A DNA stretch of 61,469 bases, filler included, from Choristocarpus tenellus KU-1152 (GCA_964200185.2; 10 parts of 10 records of this genome joined end to end with filler, not necessarily neighbours in it); one strand, 5' to 3'; numbered from the whole stretch's first letter, positions 38,361 to 49,677 are shown. Notes: generated from the sequence alone by a model not told the origin. A program made the numbers and translations.

Positions 38361-39701
38361 ATGACACATCCGAGCACGATCTCGAGAAGTTCAAGTCCGA
38401 AACGAGCGCCACTCACGAGAGAGAAGTCGCCCTTTCCAAACCCGACAGGAGGCATGGTAATCACATGCACCGCCCTCGGGGACAACCTAGATCCGGATCG
38501 TATCAAACTCCTCATAGACAAACTCTCCGCCTTCCGCAATTTTGCACTGGTGAAGACACCGATAGCTGGTGGCATGTCCATGCCTATACCATGTGGAAGA
38601 CCCAACCCACCAGGTGATGAAGAGGAACAAGATAGCCCATCGCCTAGCCCTGCAGTAGATACGGGAAGCAGGACTCTACGAGGGGGGAGGCATACAATCA
38701 CACCCTCAGAACACAACTCTGAAGGTGATGGGGGCCGACCTGTTTGTAACGATTTGTCAGGTCCAGAGGGACTTGTGCAGGAGGACGTGAGGAGGTGGCT
38801 AGGCAAGGGCTCAGAGTCCACGCCTGTCAGGAGTGACCCATGTATGTCCCCGATCGCCCATTCGGTGGGCAGCGACGACTACGAGACACAAGTGCCAGGG
38901 AATACATTCGACCATAGTGTGAGGCAAAGTAAGAACCGTGCCCATGCCGATAATACCCCAACCCCGAGGGACAAGCCTTCCAAGAAGTGCAAAGGACAGA
39001 GGAAAAGGACACTGAATGGGAACAAGAGGGCGAGAGAAGGTGCTGGACGGAAGAGACCCTTCAAACAGCCTCGCGGTTCTCATGGCAGTGCATTAGAATC
39101 TGGCTTCTTTGACAACGTCTTCGCTTCTGCCAAAATGGGCAGATACGCGGTAAATCCGTGTTCTTCTACATCGAGGTATGACGATGACGACGAAATATCA
39201 TCTCATGGTGATGAGGATCGCGTCACACAGGACGCGGCCGACTCTGGCGATGCATCCGATGTGGGGATCACCGAAGCCTTCATGGAGGCATGCATTACAG
39301 AGCTCCTACGATCAGCAACGAAACCTGCTTCTACACAGTTTCGAGTGCAGACTCAAATCCTCACCCATGTTATATACGACCATGGGTTCAGGCTCATCAA
39401 GGCCGGTAAAGGGACTGTTTCTCTTCTTTTCGGGGGTGAATGCTACGTCCACGAGCCCACACAGGTTAAACTCGGCGATCGTGGAGGGAACCCAGTCAAT
39501 ACGTTGTGTTCCGAGCATGTGAAAGCGCTCCAGGCGAGGAAGGCTATCTTCTTGAGCCTCGTGAAGCCCGAACCTTGCAATGCCAGGTACTCCACATGTC
39601 TAAATCTATGGCACCTTCTTGTCAAGGCATACCCTAAGCTTACAGAGTGGTGGGAGAAGGGGGACGAATGCAATTTCGAGTCCGCCCATCAATTGAAATA
39701 G
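38361..39701 (+). CDS. Intronless 446-aa hypothetical protein (probably TE- or virus-borne; may be frameshifted from ORF 38237-38617)
   Basis: Longest ORF in the window; disordered N-half with basic NLS-like run (KKCKGQRKR...RKRPFK) and an ordered-looking C-terminal ~140 aa; no family recognised. Confidence 0.55.
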   Translation: MTHPSTISRSSSPKRAPLTREKSPFPNPTGGMVITCTALGDNLDPDRIKLLIDKLSAFRNFALVKTPIAGGMSMPIPCGRPNPPGDEEEQDSPSPSPAVDTGSRTLRGGRHTITPSEHNSEGDGGRPVCNDLSGPEGLVQEDVRRWLGKGSESTPVRSDPCMSPIAHSVGSDDYETQVPGNTFDHSVRQSKNRAHADNTPTPRDKPSKKCKGQRKRTLNGNKRAREGAGRKRPFKQPRGSHGSALESGFFDNVFASAKMGRYAVNPCSSTSRYDDDDEISSHGDEDRVTQDAADSGDASDVGITEAFMEACITELLRSATKPASTQFRVQTQILTHVIYDHGFRLIKAGKGTVSLLFGGECYVHEPTQVKLGDRGGNPVNTLCSEHVKALQARKAIFLSLVKPEPCNARYSTCLNLWHLLVKAYPKLTEWWEKGDECNFESAHQLK

Positions 39702-40257
39702 GGCTTCGGCCGTTTCGTTTTTTTGTTGAAGTACTGATAGAGTTACAGGTTGTGGTGATTTATGCATCAGTGTACCTTGCCTTGGTGTCCGACTACCATG
39801 TTCATGCACTTTCCATTCCATGAGTCATGCAGTTGGATAGTGGTATCAGATACATTGCTACCAGTCAGAGTTGTCAGCGAGGATTAGACATGTGTTATTA
39901 TTTGTTTAAAAGAGCGTGTCTGCTACAAATTTTAGACAGCTAAAATATAATACATCAATCAAACAACTCTTCTCCATCTGCTCAGCTAACGTTTCCAAAC
40001 AATTCGCCAGGGGCTGCAATGAATACCTTGTCCTTCTCAAAGCCGCTATTTATTCCTTGTACACTGTAACGCACCTCCCCCCTTCTTCTCAATACTCTAT
40101 GCACCACCTCTTGCTTTGTCCAAGTGTCGACATACTAGATTCAATCTCGTTCTCCTTCGAATCTTGGAGATTTCCGGATATTTTTTTATCGGGACTTATT
40201 TTTATCGCCTTTTGCAGACTTCCTGTGAGCACACACACACGTGACTTACACACCAAC

Positions 40258-41650
40258 ATGAACCACGACGGTGAGACAAGGAGAGCCGCCGAGGCCACTC
40301 TTCCCCCTGGATCTACCCTCGGCACCTTCTCTGTTGAGAGGTGACGGAAAAACAAGTACCATGTGACACTCAGTGCGATGTTAGGTGACGAGAAAGTGCT
40401 AGTAGTGTGGCGCAGCAGCATGATCGAATCGTGAAATGGACCACGCGGTCGCGACACTGACACTGAGAGAAGATGCATTGAAAGCATTACCACACAAACG
40501 TGGTTGGGTCTTCAACCACTTCGGAGAACTGCTCTGCAAGAACTGCCACCTCGGGAACACAGGAAGAGAGCGGCGAGTCCATCACCAGGTGCGATACAGT
40601 GACGAAGTCTGCGGGGAAGCCTGGTTGCGACGGGGGAAGGGAGAACCAGAATGGCCGGCCGAAGGGAAGGTTGGGGAGGAGAGCAGTGCGACTGCGTGCC
40701 ATTGCGCTCAGGAAACGCCGAAGCGAAAACTCGAGTGTAGACTATCTTAGTAGTCAACACTTGCAGCAGGCCCTGGCTTTTTGGAAGCTGTGCGAGCCGG
40801 AGAGGCTTAAGGAAACGAGAAAGAAAGTGTTCGAGTTGGGCTACAAGGACTCTGAATCCCGAAAGAGGGTCGAAAGGGCTCGCAAGGAGGAAGAGAAAGC
40901 GATCGTAACAAAAGCAGCTGTGGAGACTTTTCGATACCACCAAATCCTTTTGTTCGAAGAGGTCGTGGAGCAGGTGGAGGTAGACATCGACAAGAACGCT
41001 AGGGCAGAAGAGGAGGTGAGATTGAGACTATTTGCACACCTATGGTTTGGTGTCTCCAACCTCTTGCAAGATGCCGTACAGTCATTTTTGTTCCTGGACT
41101 TAGGGTCGGACGTATAAAGGTGATCAAGGCGTTCTCCCAGTCTGTATTCATTCGAGAGATCAACACAATTTTCGATCAACTCAAACCTGTCCTACCTCGC
41201 CCTTGCGTCTTAATGAGAAAATATTACCCGTCTAGGAAACGCGGAAAACGCCCATTTACAGCGCTCAACAAGGAAATGTTATAGTAAAGGCTCTAACACT
41301 GCAAATCCTGTACCTGTGTATGAACGACAAGAAAGACCGTCAAATGGTGCTCGAGATGGCAGCAAGAATATGCGATGGTCAAGGCTGGAAACTGTGAGTA
41401 AATGGGAGAGAGGCTTCCTAACTAAGGGCCAAATCAAGGTGTCGGAGAAGGGCGCTATGAGAGGTGTTTCGTTCTAGGCCTTGACGAGGGCATCCTTGCC
41501 GAGGTCAAAGAGTGGGTTTGTGAACACACAGGAAGAAAAGGTGGGGAGCCTTTTTCCCCACCTAAACAAGTATCATTTAATCAAGTAATAGTATATCTGT
41601 TGCCACTCTTGGTGAACTACAATCCGGGGTTTGAATCCCAATATGATCGC
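40258..41650 (+). pseudogene. Decayed N-terminal part of a putative IS630/Tc1-related long transposase
   Basis: Frameshifted and stop-interrupted; second copy at 15860-16480; KWERGFLTKGQIKVSEKG...ILAEVKEWVCEHTGRKGGEP...LLPLLVNYNPGF resembles, from memory, the DNA-binding region of long IS630/Tc1-like transposases; catalytic domain absent. Confidence 0.45.
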
Positions 41651-42124
41651 TCCTTCTTAAAAAAAAAAGTGTCGAAAAAAATCACGAAGCCCGTACTACA
41701 GAGGGCCTTGTGACGGGCATCACGAATATGCTTTTATTTTTTTAATCCGATGTCTACATCAAACGTTTGGACGGGACAACCCCACTGGTACCACTATATT
41801 AAAGGTTTGTCTAGCAAGGATATTGATACTTTCTAACAAACAAGATAGAACAGTGGATCATGGATTATTTCATGGAGGATGGATTTTTCCCAAAATGGTG
41901 CGTGGAAAGTGCCCATATGTTTTTTTGTTGTTGTAAATGTTGCGGCACTTTTTAAGGGCCCCTTTTTGAATGGGAATCCATGCCGAAGGTGGTAGTAGGA
42001 CATACTTAATTGATGATAATTAATGATTTCCAATGTTCCGAAACAAAAAGAAAAAAAAAAAAATGGCACCCTCCAATTTTTTGAGATACAAAATCTGAAA
42101 TTGTTGGACATTTGTATTCTTAAA

Positions 42125-42155
42125 GAGTGAAACTATCTTAGAGGGTACACGATAG
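42125..42155 (+). mobile_element. MITE-A left end (contig end)
   Basis: GAGTGAAACTATCTTAGAGGGTAC. Confidence 0.8.
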
Positions 42156-42255
42156 NNNNNNNNNNNNNNNNNNNNNNNNNNNNNNNNNNNNNNNNNNNNT
42201 TAATTAATTAANNNNNNNNNNNNNNNNNNNNNNNNNNNNNNNNNNNNNNNNNNNN
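42156..42255. other. Artificial contig-joining spacer
   Basis: Same 100-bp linker. Confidence 0.98.
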
Positions 42256-42504
42256 GGAACCATTTTGAAAATGATCATGACATGCTAGCACCATAGTGCT
42301 TGCACCCACCACCACGGCATCTTCTCATAACTACCTTGGCAGCAGTCACAGCTCTGTGCTACCAAAAGCCACGTGATTGAACCTTTTGCTGCAAAGGTAC
42401 CAAGTGAGATCATCAGCATTTACTTCTCCAGCCCTTGATTGCATGGAAAACACCACCCCTTCACTTTGTACGCAAGGGAAACAAACAAGAGAAACGAGAC
42501 TTGC

Positions 42505-44587
42505 CTTGTTTATTCCATATCCACGGAACCTCTCATCATTGAATGAAACGCTTGATTTGGACATGACCATGTAAGGTTCAAAGCAAGATTTGTACGGCAC
42601 AGAGTAAGCCAGAGCTGGCAAGGGCAGTGGGGCCATGGCGGCCAGGGAGGCATGTAGGGGTTTGAGGTGATGATTAGAATTCAACCTTGTTATGTCTTGC
42701 AACCTCTAGTTCCACAATGGAGGCGACGATAGGTAAAACAATAATCTATCAGACAATGGTCGATTTCCCCCCAACTCTTCTTGCAGATTATGTTGTGACT
42801 GCAGTGGTGAGGTATGTGCTGAAACGTGCCTTTATAAGCCTTCACCCCCTCAACTCTATCCTTCTACAATTGATGCAAATATATTTATTGTGTTCTATAC
42901 ATTTTCTACTCTGAACCACATGACAGGTATCTCTGCCCTCTAATCTGAATGGAAATATGTATGGGGATATGGCACATCATGCAGAGAACATATAACCAAT
43001 ATACCCTTTTTATGTACTATTATTACTGTGATACCCCTAACATCATCGTCTAACTATCAGAAGGTTACCTCATACAGGATGCCTTGGCTAGATATTTGTG
43101 ACTGTCAGTGCTAACATCGTACGCAATCAGACCAATCTTGTATCAACACATCACACTCAGCTCCTTGTGAAACGATTCTACTTCATATTGAGAGGGCCGT
43201 AGAGACGGCAGCATAGAGTCATGCGGCTTGGAGAGAATCCCTGCCTGCCAATAAACGATTGTTGCAAACCTCAAGGAGAACACAACAAGCGCATTGGATT
43301 ATTTCAATGACAAACCCAGGTGGGAAATGCCATACTCGTTTCCAGGATACTTGAAGCACGTAGTTGAGTGCACTATATATTGCAGGAACTTCACACAAGT
43401 TCATTACGTACCCAGTATTTCCAGTCACACTGTACCAAGACTTAACTAACGTCATTTCTTTAACATAGGCACTCCAATCTAGACACACACATGCATGCAT
43501 CCCTCATTCCATGCTATCCAGAGGCGCGCAGATCCAAGCATAGCATCATTGCCATAATCACATACCTCCATCATGATCATCCTCCTCTGTCATCGTGCAA
43601 CGATCAAAGTCTGGGGGTCCATGACCTATGGGGAAGTAGTCGGTGTGAAAGCCTCGCACTCCACCCTGATAACACATGCCAACAACCTCTCTTTGAGTCG
43701 AAGGGGTAGTAGCCATTACCTACCACCCAGTTTGTAACGTACATTGAGACATGAGATATATGTGAGGTCAGGGTATACAAGTTGCCATCAACACAAATTT
43801 CAAAACTAAGGTGGACAGGTGGTAGTGATGTGGTGTAAATCTAAGGACCCCTAGCTAGACAAGGCTATGTATCTTATCACAAAGATTTGGCGCTATGTGA
43901 ACCTTCTGGCAATCTACACGAAGGAGAAGAAGTTTCAAGAAGGAACTGTCACGCCCTTCAGCATTTTAGCCACACGCACCTGAGGACTTTGATGGTTATC
44001 GGATGTGGGCAGCCTGCATGTTGAATTGGGTCTGGGAGGGAAGCAAATAGCAGGAAAAAATTACACACTGGCTCAAAGTAGCTGCGGGGGGGGGTGGCGG
44101 CTGTCAATTTTGGGTCAAATTTTTCATGTCGCGATTTTTGTGTGATTTGGTTGCGTACGTCGGATGGATAATGTAAATGCACTTTTTCTCCTTTGGGGGC
44201 AAATGGACACCTAGTGTAGACCCCTTCCCCCCTCCCAGATACTTTGGGTCACTAATATACTATTATCTACTTCAAAGAAGTACAGAACAAATCTTAACAC
44301 CATCCCTAACCCTCCCCAGAGCACAAACTACGAAAAAAGTGTGTGATCCGGGTGCATGAGTGCGAATGCATGTTAGGGCTAATTAGGATCCAATATTAAT
44401 AAGTGAAACAAGGGACCGGAGAAATATTTTTGCATCGACCACCTGTGATTCTTTCAGCGGTAGTTCCTTGCTGTCCTCACTTAGCTCTAGAGCGGGCACC
44501 ACAACAGCAACAGACCTCGCAGCACCAGCTGCAAGTCTCTCTTGAACCTCACTTAAGTGCAGCTCTGACCGGAGGTTGTCGAATAAC
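42505..44587 (-). CDS. Glycosyltransferase family 49 (LARGE/B4GAT1-like), three internal exons (44587-44443, 43686-43601, ~42685-42505)
   Basis: Ordered GT49 motifs AVVVPALEL...LP, GVRGFHTDYFPIGHGPPDFDR, YSVPYKSCFEPYMV...FNDERFRGYGINK; donor after the middle exon is non-canonical, so it may be a pseudogene. Confidence 0.78.
44070..44250 (+). mobile_element. MITE-B full length, flanked by ACT/ACT, intronic in the GT49 gene
   Basis: GGCTCAAAGTAGCTGCGGGG...CCCAGATACTTTGGGTC. Confidence 0.9.
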
Positions 44588-44883
44588 CTAGTGTTATCCT
44601 TACGTTGTTTGTGCTGACACAAGTATACAACATAGGTTATACGTACGTTTATATTTTGTTAGGTATTATACAGAATACGTACATATATAAAATATAATAA
44701 GTCAACATTAATCCACACGCCAGGCAATTAATAATTTCGTGTGTGCTTTACCATGTAATTCAACTGCTAGCTTCTGGCGACGAGCCTCATGTGCGCCAAG
44801 CTTCTCAACACCTTAAGCGCTTAATCCAAACTCTGGCCAGGGGAGGCGCAGCCGGACTGGTTTGTTTTGAATTGGCATAGCAC

Positions 44884-44983
44884 NNNNNNNNNNNNNNNNN
44901 NNNNNNNNNNNNNNNNNNNNNNNNNNNTTAATTAATTAANNNNNNNNNNNNNNNNNNNNNNNNNNNNNNNNNNNNNNNNNNNN
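44884..44983. other. Artificial contig-joining spacer
   Basis: Same 100-bp linker. Confidence 0.98.
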
Positions 44984-45423
44984 CCCCCCCCCATATCTCT
45001 CCCAACCAACACAAAAAAAACCCCCCATTTCTACACCACACACCCCCCCCCCCCCCCCCCCCCCCCCTCTTCCCCCCATAAAAAAGATAACAGCAAATAA
45101 TCTTCTGTGAACATTAAAAAAATATATATCTGTATTTTTAATTTTATATACTAGCTAACACTCAATAATAACAATAATAATAATATCCTCTATTAAAACA
45201 AAGAATATTAGTTCATATTATATATGTGTTAAGCAAAGGGGGGTTATTTCTCATACCTCAGACCATATTGTTCCTTCCCACAAAAAAAAGAGAAAAATTT
45301 TTCCAAGCAAGCGCAAAAAACGCCTTATCGGAACTCCATAATTTACATTATTTTGAATACTTCCAAGCACCCCTTTTTTGGGTGGGTGAGCGGGTGGGTG
45401 TCTTTCAAGCTAGAGCAGGACAT

Positions 45424-45438
45424 TAACCCTAACCCTAA
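45424..45438 (-). repeat. Interstitial telomere-like tract
   Basis: TAACCCTAACCCTAA. Confidence 0.7.
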
Positions 45439-45638
45439 GATAAAAAAAGCAAAAAATAAGACAGTATTTGGATTCGAACAAAACCTGAGGTTTCTCCACC
45501 TACCTACCTATTAATAAAAGCAATAGTAGTAAAAAAAGATAACAATAATAACAAAAAAAATATGATAACAATAATTGTAGTGAAAGTTTTATGGGCCTTT
45601 GTGAAACCAACAACACAGTGTAGAAAGAGTGGACTATT

Positions 45639-48600
45639 CTAGAAGCAGTGTTCCAACACGCACTCTGTTCCACAAGAGGATGACCTTCTTCTCCTAGCTG
45701 AAAAGCAATCCAACCAAAAACAAGAGACACGACAACAATTTTCTTCTCCCCCATACTTTCTTCTCACCCATACACCCAGTACCACACCACCACCATGCAG
45801 AGAGCCCACAATGATGCACAAAGGCTGGCCCAGCTCAACTGTCCAACAAGCATCCATCCAGAGAGGATTCCCAGTGCCGGTAACCATGGTGACAATGGGG
45901 CCAGAAACACCTGAATGGAAGTTACAAGGAGGAGGAAGATTCAGAGGGAGGGGGAGGAGGGCAGGAGTGGTTGGAGAGATAGCATTGTGATGGTGATGGT
46001 AGAAGAGGAGATGATTTACCCTCAAGTTCAGTGTGTGAAAAATACACCAGATACAAAAGACAACAATGTTATTATTGGCATTGTTTTTTCTTTTTTTTCA
46101 TTTTTCATGATAAATAAAAGTGTTGTTGATGAACACAAGTGTTGTTGCGCAGGGAACGTTAAAAAACAGAAAATTGCCTGTACTCCTAAAAAAACAAAAG
46201 TAGAGCACAGTGTTCTATTGATGCAAAGGCGTCCTTTGAACAATCAAATGTTTTTTTTCTTTCTTTCTAGTTTTGAATGGGTTTTGAATTTCACCCACCA
46301 TCACAAGAAAAAAGAACTCTAAACGTCAACGCTTACAATCTCACCACAAGGCAGAACAGAACAGCGAGGGCCACTACCAGCACCCTCTTCTTGATGGCAT
46401 TCACTACACACCACAACGTACGTAACTGTCGCCATAAATAACAAAAAAATATATATTGCAGTTACTTTCACAAAGTGTGTTAGGGGACAAGCACACAAGA
46501 AAGAAAATACGTAAAACACAGTGAGAAAAAAATAATAAAATCCTATTCAAACACTTACGATGGATGTACCGTAATGTGAAGGGATAATGAGAGTGTTTTG
46601 AAAGATGGATACTCCTATACGATGGCGTTTTGAAAAGAGACACAAGGCGGCGTTGACCCAGTACCACAAACAAACTCAACACTACTCTACTGGACGGTTA
46701 CGATCTGATGCATCACTCGCTAACTCACACTGTCGATGTATGCAACATCAGGTAGTAGTACTACTAGAGCGGTCTACACTTCTACACCCAGCATTAGGGA
46801 TAAAGCTGCTGTACAACAGCTATGGCAGAGTGAAAGTATGTTAGGGTTAGGGTACGAATTTTGCCCTGTTTGTCTGTCTGTTTGGGACTTTTGGCTTCCC
46901 ACTTTTTTTTTTTAATGACATTTTATTTTTCCTACTCCGAAATGTTTCAGAGTATGTAAAATAAAATATATACGTTATGAAAAGGTGTGTCCAGAACAAG
47001 GATATTGACACTTCCTAACAAACACAATAGCCAAAATTACATCAAAATCACAACATCGGATTTATGACATCCAAACGGACGCGGCCCTACCCTCTAAGAT
47101 ACTTTGGCTTGACTCCTCTAAGATACTTTGACTTGACTCCTCTAAGATACTTTGGCTTGACTCCTCTAAGATACTTTGGCTTGACTCCTCTAAGATACTC
47201 AAGAGACCGTATGGCACAACGTGAAGCATGGAATTGGAGTACACTGGTAGTAGTAGTACACTGGTAGTGACAAACGCCACAAGCGCTACATGAAAACCTT
47301 CCTCCCCATCCCACCCCTGATTTCTCAGTTGGGGGAAATAGAGAATGTTCAGGATATATTTGGTGTCCCACCCCAGAAGACGCCTCTTTTTTAAAAACCT
47401 CTAGTGGTATGTGGTAAAGGCAAGACAACAAAGACACAGCGTCAGTATAGGTACACACACATACACACACACACACATATATATATATACTTAAAAATCA
47501 TGACATCATTGGACATCACTCAGCAAGAACAAGGACAATACTACTATCACGCCAATGCCAACGGTGAAGGGGGAGGTATTTGTACAATGGTGCATCACCA
47601 TATTGGAACCGGCAATCGCGGCTGCAAAAAACGCCTCTGAGAAGCACACACGGTCCAACTCCCAAAACGCCTCTGCTGTGCTGTGTGCGTTGTTCATTTC
47701 AATTCGATTCACACCAATAAAAATAAAACTACGTTAATGTAAAAATACCTCAAAAACCACTTACACCACCACTTACACCTCTAAAAACCCTTTCGCGTTG
47801 AGTCAATCCAATAAACTCATCTACAAAACCAATCAGGAGTCCTCACCGACCCAATCCACCTATCCCCACTCCTCCCCCTTGGCCCCAAGGTCTTTTCCCC
47901 CCTCCAACTGACAACATTATCACCACACTCAGGAATCTTTAAACACGCCCAACCCTGTACTACTACCATTGATTGGGTCTTTTCGAACAAGACAACTGAT
48001 TGCACCAAATAAAAAACAAGCACTACTACTACTACTACTACTATATCATTAATTGAAAGAGTCAGTGCAAATTTATTTTAAAAAGAGTGCTAATACCGTA
48101 TCATTAATTAAAAGAGACAGCGCAAGGATTAAAATAAAATGAAAGTACACGGCAACAGAGTGCCCCATCCCATCCCAGCACACAGAGCGTTTGTCTGTTG
48201 ATGTGAGGTGGTGAGGGCGTACAGGCTTGGCGTCCCTGTACGTGTATTTGTTCACATCAACAGCCAAGAGCCTACCACACGACATACAGGGCACACACAG
48301 GTCAAATTTCCCTGACACCAAAGTGCAAGCCACAGATCGGTCTGCCCCTAAAAAGAAGTACATGCAGCTTCAGGTAAGCCGTAGTGTGTAACAATGTACT
48401 CTTCAGTATGGTTTTCCTAAAAACAAATAAGGCCACGACGATGTAGAAATATTTTTCTCGCTCCCCAAGTCCCAATTGTGTCTCACGGTCAAAAGGCCCA
48501 AAAAGTACTGTGAAGTACTTTGAAAGATTGACTGGTCCCATTACAGGAACACCTGGTTACCTTGATTCAGCCTGCATACTGCGATGAACCCATCCACCTA

Positions 48601-49198
48601 CAGCATGTAGAATAGATGTACGTACCTTTACCATTATTATTATTATTATTAGTAGTAGTAGTACTATTGGTAATGTTATCAAACTTGAGCAGCGTAGTAT
48701 GAGATGAGTTTGAACCCTAAAAAGAATTGAAAAAAATAAACAACACAGTGAGAGGTTGTAGGGGGAGGCGGGGAGGGGAAAGGACAGACAAGAAAAAAGT
48801 GCATAACTGATTGCAGCACTTGATGTCCTCCAAAAAAAAACACATTGAAATAAAAAACTATCCGACTTGAAGTACCACACTTGAGCTATCAATATCAGTA
48901 TCATCCCCAAGGTTGAAATGGGTCCCTACTCAACGCTTTAGGCAAAATAACACTTACCTCCCCCCCACCCTCTGGTTGCTGTGAGGGCTGGGATGCCACC
49001 GCCACCACAGACGCTAAAGCCCCTGCAATAGCTAACCCTCCCCCCACGCCCAGGGCTATGAGCATCATCACTGACCACCAACCTTCGCCTTCCACCTCAA
49101 AGAAAACCCTTGTGAGGAGCCCGGTCACCAGGCAAAGGGCATTGTAAGCTAAGACCAATGTCTGGCATGAGGTTGGGTTGCTGGGGTCCAGGTCAGAC
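45639..49198 (-). CDS. Cationic amino-acid transporter-like permease (APC superfamily), 3' exons 49198-48958, 45910-45768, ~45693-45639
   Basis: cag|G...GAG|gtaagt exon with two TM helices joins in phase 0 to VFLAPLSPWLPALGILSGWMLVGQLSWASL...WYWVYG|gtgaga, the CAT C-terminal F..P..P.LP...YG signature. Confidence 0.78.
46828..47110 (+). mobile_element. MITE-A, rearranged copy (TTAGGG in left TIR, micro-duplications)
   Basis: GAGTGAAAGTATGTTAGGGTTAGGGTACG...CCCTCTAAGATACTTTGGCTT. Confidence 0.9.
47091..47199 (+). repeat. 24-bp tandem array (4.5 copies) made from the MITE-A right TIR
   Basis: CCTCTAAGATACTTTG(G/A)CTTGACT at 47091, 47115, 47139, 47163, partial at 47187. Confidence 0.95.
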
Positions 49199-49397
49199 CT
49201 GAGAGACACGTGGGGTGTGTTGTGGGATCAGGAGGGTAGCGGGGGATTCAATCGTGTTAAAAAAATATGGTCTTCAAGTGTTGTAAATTTGAGGTGTGAT
49301 TGGGAGGGAGGGGGGGGGGGGGGGGGGGGGGGGGGGAGGGGCAGGGGGGGGGGGGGGGGGCCCTGCGGGGAAAAAACCGCAGCAAAAAAGGAAAAGA

Positions 49398-49497
49398 NNN
49401 NNNNNNNNNNNNNNNNNNNNNNNNNNNNNNNNNNNNNNNNNTTAATTAATTAANNNNNNNNNNNNNNNNNNNNNNNNNNNNNNNNNNNNNNNNNNNN
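49398..49497. other. Artificial contig-joining spacer
   Basis: Same 100-bp linker. Confidence 0.98.
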
Positions 49498-49508
49498 GAT
49501 CATAGGAT

Positions 49509-49677
49509 GGGATGGCTGGCAATCAGTGACAAAGGGCATTTGCACTGGTTGGTCATCAAATGGGGGGATGGCTGGCAATCAGTGACGAAGGGCATTCGCA
49601 CTGGTTGGTCACCAAATGTGGGGATGGCTGACAATCAGTGACGAAGGGCATTCGCACTGGTTGGTCATCCAATGGGG
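49509..49677 (+). repeat. 56-bp tandem repeat x3 with internal dyad symmetry
   Basis: GATGGCTG(G/A)CAATCAGTGAC(A/G)AAGGGCATT(T/C)GCACTGGTTGGTCA at 49511, 49567, 49623. Confidence 0.92.

Noticed and set aside
38225-38821. 198-aa minus-strand ORF and similar antisense ORFs
   Set aside because: Shadows of GC-rich plus-strand coding sequence
46335-46403. Exon-like segment VNAIKKRVLVVALAVLFCLVVR on the minus strand as part of the permease
   Set aside because: Phases are incompatible with the flanking exons, which already join in frame
47091-47199. CRISPR array
   Set aside because: Units are contiguous with no unique spacers, derive from a MITE TIR, and there are no cas genes; eukaryotic context
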